A stretch of 35,643 bases of DNA, from positions 1-35,643 of the forward strand of contig CAZCKC010000009.1 in assembly GCA_964499235.1 (NCBI GenBank). The letters run 5' to 3'. Positions 26,743 to 35,643 of the stretch are shown one piece after another; the first letter of the stretch is position 1; every line of letters starts with the position of its first letter. The translations under genes were made by a program, and so were the position numbers. The stretch comes from an uncultured Planctomycetales bacterium. GTDB taxonomy: Bacteria; Planctomycetota; Phycisphaerae; UBA1845; Fen-1342. The notes under the pieces were generated by a model, which saw only the letters and a list, made by a program, of their open reading frames with translations, searched no databases and had not been told where the DNA came from.

Positions 26743-29499
26743 ATGAAGGCGTCGATTGCCCGTGCGTTGCACGCGCTCGTGCTGCTTTGCGGTTTGTTGG
26801 TCGCTGGCGCCGCGCGGGCGGACGATCCGCTGCCGGTACCCGCGGGGGCGGACTGCTTCGAGGTGCCGACCGGCGCCATCGTGAGGTTCGGTCCGGCGCT
26901 GCTACCTCCGCTGCCGCAAGACTTCTTCGGGCCGGGATCGGAGCCGTTTTTCGGCCCGGTAATCCTGCAGGGCGGGAACCTCATCGGCCCGGACCTGGTG
27001 CTTGAGCGGCAGGTCGAGTTTCCGATCGTGCCGCTCGGCGCGGTGGACCCAGTGCCGATCCAACTGGTCGAGCTGCAATTGCGGAGCGTCGAGCCGATCA
27101 TCATCAATGACGGCAGCGCGTGGGATGTCCAGGTCGGCTTGAGCGGCCCGACGCCGGGGCAGTTGCACGTCCGCGCGGCGGACGCGGATGGTGGCCAGCT
27201 CGAGCTGGACTTTGCGGTCCAGCCGGTGTTCACCTTCACACGGACCGAGCCGCCGTTCGACCAGCGGGTGTTCGATACGGGCCTGGAGGGGGTTTTGCCG
27301 ATCCCGCTGCTGACGACGGTGGCGGCCCCGTGGACCACGGAAGACGCGGGCGACCCGTGCAGCGTCGACGGCTTTGCCCCGGGTGTCTTTCACGACCGCA
27401 ACCAGGACACGGTCTGCGCCGTGCCGCTGGCGCTGAGCGCCGCTGACGACCAGACCATGCAGCTGTTCGCCGTAGCGCCGGCCGTGCTGCCGTGCGCACC
27501 GCCGCCGAACGGTTTCTGTGGTGACGCGACGCCGATCGTGGGCGATACGCGGGTGCCCTTCAATACCGTGTTCGCCCCGGCCGACGGGCCGGGCCCCTTG
27601 ATCAGGGGGCCGAACGTGTGGTTTGTGTACACGGCCGACGCGGGCGGTCTGGTCCGGATCGACACGTGCGGGTCGGACTTCAACACGCGGCTCGCGGTTT
27701 ACGATGCACCGCCGTGCGGCGGCGACCAGGCGCCGATCGCGACCAGCGACAACGCGCCGGATTGCGACCGCGACGCCCGCGTGCACGTGCCGGTCAGTGC
27801 CGGACAGAGCCTGTGGATTGAGGTCGGTGGGCAGCACAACCTCCGCGGGATCGGCTGGCTGACGGTCACCCAGACGTTTGACGTCTGCGACACGTCCCAT
27901 CCGCAGCGGGGTCCCTTGCGCTTTGATGACGACAATGATGGTAGCGTGGATTTGCACGACGTGGCCGCGCTGCAACGATGCTTCACGGGCGGCGATACGC
28001 CGGGCGGCGCGCATTGTGAAACGACGTTCGATACGAACCGCGACCGCGACATCGACGCGACCGACGCCCTGCTGGCGGCCGCTAGCCAGCGTGGTCCCAA
28101 GCCGATCGCCGGCGGCGGCGGTATTATGTCAGCGGTCTGCCCCGCTCCCCGCGCCACGCTCCAGGCTCCGGCTCCCGGTTTCGCGTGGCAGCCCTGTCCC
28201 GAGCCCGACGCGCGCTACCGGCTCAGCGTCTATCGCGTGCCGCCCGGTTTTGCGCCGGCGGACATCGTCGCGCATTTCGAGCCGGAGTTCACGGTAGACG
28301 ATTTAACGCAGCCGTGGACGCCCTTCCCCGACAGTGCCGCACCGCTTTTGCCCGGACAGCGTTACGCCTGGACGGTGGACGCGTATGACGCCAACGATCC
28401 GAGCGTGCAGTACTGCGGTAACGACGAGATCAACGTGGCGGACGTGGAGGTTTCGCTCACGGACGAAAGCATCGAGGAGCTGCTCGATCACCTCGAGAAG
28501 ATCCGCAAAGAGCTCGACGACGAGATCGACGATCTGGAGGACAACGACCTCGTCAAGGAAATCCGGCTGATCGAATTGCTCGGCGCGATCCTGGGTGGCC
28601 AGCAGACGCTGCCCAACGCCGCCTGGGAAGGGCTCGAGAACTTCATCAACTGCGATGATGACGCACTCGATTCGCTTGACGCCAAGAACCTGGACACGGC
28701 GCTGAAGGCGCTGCAAGCGCTGATCAAGCTGATCATCGAAGCGAACGAGAACCTGTCGGCCGCCCAAGTCGCGGTCTTGGAAGGTCTGCACGGCCAGATC
28801 GAGAAGGTTCGCGAGGGCGTTGAGGACTTGAGCACGATCAAGGGGTTCACGAGTCCCGACTTCGACGTCTGGAAGTACATTCAAGACAAGGTCAAGGAGG
28901 GGCTGACCGAAGCGGCGAAGGCGCTCGCCGAGAAAGCGATCGCTAAGGTCGCCGGCAAGAAGGCGGCCGGGCCGATTGTCTCGATTGCCCTGGATCTCTG
29001 GAACTTCGGCGACGCATTGTTCGGGTTGTCAAACCTCGCCGACCTTCGCCGGGCGTGGAACCTGATCATGCTGGAGATCATCAAGCAAGGCGGCGGCGGC
29101 GACCTCGCGCTGCCGGCGGGCCTCGCCGAATACCCCGGCCACGTGTTCACGTTCGAGAAAGACGAAGACGCCAAAGCAACCTGGACGATCAGCCCGGTGC
29201 TGCGCTGCTGGCGGCCGGCGGAGGACGGCGCTGCCGGCGAAGGCTCGTGGGAAGACTGCACCGCGCGTTTCGACAGCGCGACCGGGCCGACGTCGAAGAC
29301 CTTCAAGACCGAGGACATGACCGCGGAGATGAAGGGTGACGAGAAGACCGGCAAGTGTCGCTTCGACTTCACGATTCACTTTGACGCCGATTGCGAAGGG
29401 CCCTGCTACTTCGGCGTGCAGGTCAAGATCGTGCGGCCGGATGACAGCGTCACCGAATTCATCGTGCTGCTCGGCGTGAAGCCGGCGCCGGCGGATTAG
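26743..29499 (+). CDS. Large secreted protein (918 aa) with two dockerin/EF-hand-like Ca-binding loops and a long acidic coiled-coil region; function unknown
   Basis: Signal peptide MKASIARALHALVLLCGLLVAGAARA after SD AAAGGAG. Ca-binding loops DDDNDGSVDLHD (about 27922..27960) and DTNRDRDIDATD (about 28027..28065). A Glu/Asp/Leu-rich helical segment (EELLDHLEKIRKELDDEIDDLEDNDLVKEIRLIELL) and a Cys-containing C-terminal module. Confidence 0.7.
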   Translation: MKASIARALHALVLLCGLLVAGAARADDPLPVPAGADCFEVPTGAIVRFGPALLPPLPQDFFGPGSEPFFGPVILQGGNLIGPDLVLERQVEFPIVPLGAVDPVPIQLVELQLRSVEPIIINDGSAWDVQVGLSGPTPGQLHVRAADADGGQLELDFAVQPVFTFTRTEPPFDQRVFDTGLEGVLPIPLLTTVAAPWTTEDAGDPCSVDGFAPGVFHDRNQDTVCAVPLALSAADDQTMQLFAVAPAVLPCAPPPNGFCGDATPIVGDTRVPFNTVFAPADGPGPLIRGPNVWFVYTADAGGLVRIDTCGSDFNTRLAVYDAPPCGGDQAPIATSDNAPDCDRDARVHVPVSAGQSLWIEVGGQHNLRGIGWLTVTQTFDVCDTSHPQRGPLRFDDDNDGSVDLHDVAALQRCFTGGDTPGGAHCETTFDTNRDRDIDATDALLAAASQRGPKPIAGGGGIMSAVCPAPRATLQAPAPGFAWQPCPEPDARYRLSVYRVPPGFAPADIVAHFEPEFTVDDLTQPWTPFPDSAAPLLPGQRYAWTVDAYDANDPSVQYCGNDEINVADVEVSLTDESIEELLDHLEKIRKELDDEIDDLEDNDLVKEIRLIELLGAILGGQQTLPNAAWEGLENFINCDDDALDSLDAKNLDTALKALQALIKLIIEANENLSAAQVAVLEGLHGQIEKVREGVEDLSTIKGFTSPDFDVWKYIQDKVKEGLTEAAKALAEKAIAKVAGKKAAGPIVSIALDLWNFGDALFGLSNLADLRRAWNLIMLEIIKQGGGGDLALPAGLAEYPGHVFTFEKDEDAKATWTISPVLRCWRPAEDGAAGEGSWEDCTARFDSATGPTSKTFKTEDMTAEMKGDEKTGKCRFDFTIHFDADCEGPCYFGVQVKIVRPDDSVTEFIVLLGVKPAPAD

Positions 29500-29671
29500 G
29501 GCAGCGCCCGCAGGCGGAGGGGCGACGGGCGGCCGTCTACCGCGGTGTGGCCGCGCTGTGGCCCGGCTGGTCGGCTCGGGAGCCTACCGGCAGGTTGTCA
29601 CCGGCGCGAAGGCGGGCGTAGGGGCGGATGGTCGGTTGCGGGGCCAGCCACATGGTACGGTCGTCACCCCA

Positions 29672-31501
<1,830 letters not shown>

Positions 31502-31591
31502 TGGAGCATACCTTAGCGGTGGCGGCCGCGGACCAGGTTCTGTCGCGGGTCCGGGGCGGCGTTCGGATTTTGCGGAATCTTCAAATCAGGG

Positions 31592-32698
31592 TCACTGCGG
31601 CGGCAAGGGCGGCGGGACGGTTGCGAAGGCGGGCCCGAGCTCGGGGACCTGGCCGGCGGGCGTCCAGTTAGGCATTCCCTGGCGCCAAACGAGGGTGTTG
31701 CGGGTGAGCTGACCGGCCTGGGCCAGCTGCTGGAGCTTGGGCAGGTCGAACGGGCCGGCCTGCTGGTTATTCAGGGCGATGAAGACCTGGAGGCCCTGGT
31801 TCTGCGGCAGCGGCGGCGGCGTGGCCGGGGCGGCCGGCTGGGGGTTGGCCATCGCGCCGGCCATCTGGTTGGCCATCGCGAAGCCCATGCCCATGCCCAT
31901 GCCGGCGCCGGCCGTTCCGCCGGGGTTGGCGGCCGCGTCGCGGAGGGCCTCGGCGGTCTGGTACTCGGTGTATTTCTTGAGGTCGCCAATGACGCCCATG
32001 CTGGTGCGTTTGTCGAGGGCCTGCTCGACCTCGGCGGGCAGCGAGATGTTCTCGACGAGGAGCTTGGTGAGCTCGAGGCCGTAGGTGTTGAATTCGGGCT
32101 GGATGCGGGTGGTGATGAAGTCACCGAGCTCGTCGTAGTTGGCGGCAAGGTCGAGGATGGGGATCTTGCTTTCGCCGAGGATGTCGGTGAAGCGGCTGAC
32201 GATCATGTTGCGGAGCTGGTCGGTGATGTCCTCGGTGGTGAAGTGGCTGTTGGTGCCGACGATCTCACGGATGAAGGCCGAGGGGTCGTTGGCGCGGGTG
32301 ACGTAGGTGCCGAAGGCCCGCAGGCGGACGGGTCCGAACTCGGCGTCGCGGAGCATGACCGGGTTCTTGGTGCCCCACTTCAGGTCGGTGAAGCGGCGGG
32401 TGCTGACGTAGTAGACCTCGGCCTTGAACGGGCTCTCGAAGCCGTACTTCCAGCCCTGGAGCGTCGAGAGCAGCGGCAGGTTCTGGGTCTCGAGCGTGTA
32501 GGTGCCGGGCTGAAAGACGTCGGCGAGCTGACCTTCGTTGACCAAGACGGCGGCCTGGCTTTCGCGGACGACGAGCTTGGCGCCGTACTTGATCTCGTTG
32601 TTGTAGCGTTCGAACCGGTACACCATGGTGTTGCCGGTTTCGTCGAGCCACTCGATGATGTCGATGAGCTCGCCGCGGAGCTTGTCCCAGATCGCCAT
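31592..32698 (-). CDS. YdjI-like SPFH-domain protein with a C-terminal Pro-rich/GYF-like (DUF4339-type) tail
   Basis: The N-terminus MAIWDKLRGELIDIIEW...VFQPGTYTLETQNLPLLSTLQGWKYGF is closely similar in pattern to B. subtilis YdjI (VFQDDGEFDIESQIIPFLSTLKGFKFGF). A Gly/Met-rich linker is followed by GPFDLPKLQQLAQAGQLTRNTLVWRQGMPNWTPAGQVPEL. Confidence 0.8.
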   Translation of the reverse strand: MAIWDKLRGELIDIIEWLDETGNTMVYRFERYNNEIKYGAKLVVRESQAAVLVNEGQLADVFQPGTYTLETQNLPLLSTLQGWKYGFESPFKAEVYYVSTRRFTDLKWGTKNPVMLRDAEFGPVRLRAFGTYVTRANDPSAFIREIVGTNSHFTTEDITDQLRNMIVSRFTDILGESKIPILDLAANYDELGDFITTRIQPEFNTYGLELTKLLVENISLPAEVEQALDKRTSMGVIGDLKKYTEYQTAEALRDAAANPGGTAGAGMGMGMGFAMANQMAGAMANPQPAAPATPPPLPQNQGLQVFIALNNQQAGPFDLPKLQQLAQAGQLTRNTLVWRQGMPNWTPAGQVPELGPAFATVPPPLPPQ

Positions 32699-32899
32699 CG
32701 GGCACCTCGGTTGCAGTCATTCCTGGGCGGCGCACGGCTCCCGTGCCGGCACCGGGGTTTGCCTGCGAGCAGTATAGCAAGCCGGCAGGCGAGAATCATC
32801 CGGTCGGCGGCGGCTGACCTGCCGGCGGGCGGCGGCTAAACTGCCGAGCGGTTCCGTCTTGCCTGAGCCCACCGCCGACCGATCAGAGGGGCAGCTTCG
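32699..32899. promoter_or_regulatory. Divergent intergenic region between the SPFH gene (minus) and ppc (plus)
   Basis: A 200-bp gap between divergent genes; specific promoter elements were not identified. Confidence 0.3.
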
Positions 32900-35643
32900 A
32901 TGGCCCGCACGCTGAGCGACGACGTCAAGTTCATCAACGACCTGCTGGGGGAGGTGATTGCGCGGACGCTCGGCCAGCCGCGGCTGGAGGCGGCCCGCGA
33001 GTTGCGGCACGCCTGCGAGGCACTCGATGCCGCGGGCGGCGACGAGCGGGCCCGCGGGGTCGCCGCCCGCGTGGCGGCGCTCAGCCTCGACGAGATTGTT
33101 GACCTGATCACGGCCTACACCATCCGGTTTCGGCTCGTGAACCAGGCGGAGCAGGTCGAGATCACGCGGATCAACCGGCTCCGCGGGCAGCAGGCGACCG
33201 CGGACCAGCCGCGGGCCGAGTCGATCGCCGAGGCGATCCAGCGGCTGCAGCAGGCCGGCTGTTCGCTGGAGGAGGTCCTGGACGTGCTGGGGTCGCTCGA
33301 CATCCAGCCAACGCTGACGGCGCACCCGACCGAGGCGAAGCGGCGGGCCGTCCTCCACAAGCAACAGCGGTTCGCCGAATGCCTCCAGGCGCTGCACCGC
33401 GAGGATCTCACCCGCGGTGAGCTAGCGCAGTGGCAGCGCGCGGTGATGCAGTTCGCGCTGCTGTCATTCGGGACCGACGAGATCCGCCGCCAGCGCCCGC
33501 GGGTCAGCGAGGAGGTCCGCAACGGGCTGCACTTCATGCAGACGTCGATCTGGCCGGCGGTGCCGCAGCTCTACCGTGACCTGGCAGACGCGCTGGAGAC
33601 GTACTACGACGCGCGGCCGCCGCTGCCGACGATCCTGCGTTACCGCACGTGGATCGGGGGGGACCGGGACGGGCACCCGGGCGTGACGGCCGACGTGACG
33701 CGCGCGGCGTTCGACGTACTGCGGGGCGCGGTGATCGAGCTGTACCGGGAGGCGTTCGAACAGCTGAAGCTGGACCTGAGCGTGTCGACGAAGCGTTACC
33801 CGGCCAGCGCGGAGCTCCGGGCGTCGGTGGCCGAAGACCACGCGGCCGGCCTGCTGAGCACCGCGGCGTTCGACCACCTGCAGAATGAGCCCTTCCGGCT
33901 GAAGGTGCACGCGCTGGACCAGCGGCTGCTGCGGGCACTGGGGGGTGAAACCGAGTTCGGTGCGGACGATCTCCGGACGGAGCTGCGGCGGTTGCAAAAG
34001 AGCCTGGCGGCGGCGGGGCTGACCGAGGTGGCCGAGCACGGTGTACTGGCGGACGTGATCGCGCAGGCGGAGACGTTCGGGTTGCATTTCGCGGCGCTGG
34101 ATGTGCGGCAGCACTCGAAGGTGCACGCGAGCGTGGTGGCAGAGCTCTTGCGGCTCGGCGAGGTCTGTGAAGACTACCTGGCGCTCGACGAGGACGAGAA
34201 GGTCGCGGTGCTGGGGCGCGAGCTGAGCAACCCGCGGCCGCTGTCGCCCCCGGGCGGGCAGCTGAGCGACGACGCCCGCGCGATGCTCGAGGTTTTCGAG
34301 CTGCTGCGGGAGCAGCGCGAGCAGGACCCGGCCGCCGTCGGCAGCTACATCATCAGCATGACGCATCACGTCAGCGACCTGCTGGCGGTGCTGCTGTTGA
34401 TGAAGGAGATGGGGCTTTGGCGGCGGGCCGACGGTGTGGTGGCGAGCGATCTCGACGTCGTGCCGCTGTTCGAGACGGTGGCGGACCTGCAGCAGGCAGG
34501 GCCGCTGATGCGGGCGCTGTTCGCGAACCCCGCCTACCGGGCGCACCTGGCGGCGCGGGGGGATTTCCAGGAGGTGATGCTCGGGTACTCGGACAGCAAC
34601 AAGGACGGCGGCTACTGGCGGTCGAACTGGTCGCTGCACCGGGTGCAGACTGAATTGGCTGAGACGTGCCAGGCGGCGGGCGTCGACTTCCGGTTCTTTC
34701 ACGGGCGCGGCGGGACGGTCGGCCGCGGTGGCGGGCGGGCCAATCGGGCGATCCTGGCGACGCCGCCGAGCAGCCGCAACGGGCGGATCCGCTGGACCGA
34801 GCAGGGCGAGGTGATCTCGTTCCGGTACTCGCTGCCGGCAATCGCGCGGCGGCACCTCGAGCAGATCGTGAACGCGATGATAGTCGGTGTCTCGGCGGCC
34901 CGCGTTCCGAAGGCGGCACCGGCGGCAGTGGCCGGCACGGCGCCGGGCGAATCCGATCCCGCGCGGGCGGCGCTGCTGGATCGGATCGGCGAGCTGTCGA
35001 TGCAGGCGTACCGGCAACTGATCGACGATCCGCGGTTCTGGCAGTGGTACACGACCGCCTCGCCGTTCGAGCACATCAGCGGGCTGCCGATCGCGTCGCG
35101 GCCGCCATCGCGGACAGCGGGCTCGATCGTCTTCGAGAACCTCCGCGCGATCCCGTGGGTCTTCTCCTGGACGCAGATGCGCTACAACGTGCCGGGGTGG
35201 TACGGGACCGGGGCGGCGTTCCAAACGCTGCTGGAAGAGGATCCCGAGAACGCGGAGCGGTTGCGTCAGCTCTATGCCGACTGGCCGTTCTTCCAGACGC
35301 TCGTGAACAACGCCCAGCAGGAGATGGCGCGGGCCCGCCTCGTGATCGGCGAACAGTACGACGCGGCGATCGACACCACGCTGCATGGCGTGATCGCGGA
35401 CGATTACGCGGCGGCCGAGGCGGCGATTCTCACGATCACCGGCCAGCAGCGGCTGCTGGACAACAACCCGGTGATCCAGCGGTCGATCGCGGCCCGGAAC
35501 CCCTGGACCGACGTGCTGAACTTCTTGCAGGTGGAGCTACTAAAGCGCTACCGGGCGACGGCGGAAGGCGCGGCCGAGCGGGAGCAGCTGCGGGCGGCAA
35601 TCTACGCGAGCATCAACGGGATCGCGGCGGCCATGCAAAGTAC
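32900..35643 (+). CDS. ppc: Phosphoenolpyruvate carboxylase; the 5' end is in the window and the 3' end runs past position 35643 (partial)
   Basis: Diagnostic PEPC motifs VLTAHPTE (as QPTLTAHPTEAKRR), RTWIGGDRDGHP and FHGRGGTVGRGGG. SD GAGGGG lies 9 nt upstream of the ATG at 32900. Not in the ORF track because no stop falls inside the window. Confidence 0.92.
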   Translation, partial: MARTLSDDVKFINDLLGEVIARTLGQPRLEAARELRHACEALDAAGGDERARGVAARVAALSLDEIVDLITAYTIRFRLVNQAEQVEITRINRLRGQQATADQPRAESIAEAIQRLQQAGCSLEEVLDVLGSLDIQPTLTAHPTEAKRRAVLHKQQRFAECLQALHREDLTRGELAQWQRAVMQFALLSFGTDEIRRQRPRVSEEVRNGLHFMQTSIWPAVPQLYRDLADALETYYDARPPLPTILRYRTWIGGDRDGHPGVTADVTRAAFDVLRGAVIELYREAFEQLKLDLSVSTKRYPASAELRASVAEDHAAGLLSTAAFDHLQNEPFRLKVHALDQRLLRALGGETEFGADDLRTELRRLQKSLAAAGLTEVAEHGVLADVIAQAETFGLHFAALDVRQHSKVHASVVAELLRLGEVCEDYLALDEDEKVAVLGRELSNPRPLSPPGGQLSDDARAMLEVFELLREQREQDPAAVGSYIISMTHHVSDLLAVLLLMKEMGLWRRADGVVASDLDVVPLFETVADLQQAGPLMRALFANPAYRAHLAARGDFQEVMLGYSDSNKDGGYWRSNWSLHRVQTELAETCQAAGVDFRFFHGRGGTVGRGGGRANRAILATPPSSRNGRIRWTEQGEVISFRYSLPAIARRHLEQIVNAMIVGVSAARVPKAAPAAVAGTAPGESDPARAALLDRIGELSMQAYRQLIDDPRFWQWYTTASPFEHISGLPIASRPPSRTAGSIVFENLRAIPWVFSWTQMRYNVPGWYGTGAAFQTLLEEDPENAERLRQLYADWPFFQTLVNNAQQEMARARLVIGEQYDAAIDTTLHGVIADDYAAAEAAILTITGQQRLLDNNPVIQRSIAARNPWTDVLNFLQVELLKRYRATAEGAAEREQLRAAIYASINGIAAAMQS

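Noticed and set aside
29500-29671. Convergent intergenic region between the secreted-protein gene and typA, examined for a bidirectional terminator
   Set aside because: GC-rich with several short self-complementary stretches, but no clear stem-loop with a flanking T/A tract
33464-35386. 640-aa minus-strand ORF antisense to ppc
   Set aside because: Arg/Pro-rich junk. The plus frame has diagnostic PEP carboxylase motifs (TAHPTE, FHGRGGTVGRGGG)

Overview
This 35.6 kb window is about 70% GC, is densely coding and contains no rRNA, no CRISPR array and no recognisable IS or transposase. Tentatively it comes from a Planctomycetota-like genome, on the basis of dockerin-like secreted proteins, a BNR propeller protein, scattered flagellar genes and very large low-complexity proteins. 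In order along the window:

- **Chemotaxis operon (minus strand).** cheA, cheW, then a 243 bp gap, then cheD, an HDOD-domain gene and cheY. An edge-truncated small basic protein gene lies downstream.
- **Candidate biosynthetic operon (minus strand).** Five tightly coupled genes: DoxX, nitroreductase, SAM-methyltransferase, a geranylgeranyl-reductase-type FAD oxidoreductase and a type III polyketide synthase. Three junctions are 4 bp ATGA start/stop overlaps. This is the strongest candidate for an undescribed system, possibly a tailored alkylresorcinol, alkylpyrone or quinone product.
- **Membrane-organisation neighbourhood.** A 2-TM hypothetical gene, a 68-aa zinc-ribbon ORF, a flotillin-like SPFH gene and two tandem paralogous genes for N-terminal zinc-ribbon polytopic membrane proteins.
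- **Assorted genes.** An NAD-dependent epimerase/threonine-dehydrogenase-like gene, a small glycine-zipper lipoprotein-like gene, a secreted BNR/Asp-box propeller protein with an unusual C-terminal anchor, and a Gfo/Idh/MocA oxidoreductase.
- **Isolated flagellar pair.** fliD (1026 aa, unusually large, with internal repeats) and fliS, separated from other flagellar genes.
- **TAT-exported aldo-keto reductase** translationally coupled to a MiaE-like ferritin-fold hydroxylase.
- **Large secreted protein** (918 aa) with dockerin/EF-hand-like calcium loops and an acidic coiled-coil region.
- **Housekeeping genes.** typA/bipA, a YdjI-like SPFH protein with a C-terminal GYF-like (DUF4339) tail, and the 5' part of phosphoenolpyruvate carboxylase (ppc).

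Every functional call rests on motif-level reading of the translated ORFs; no database search was possible. The long ORFs lying antisense to real genes are high-GC frame artefacts.
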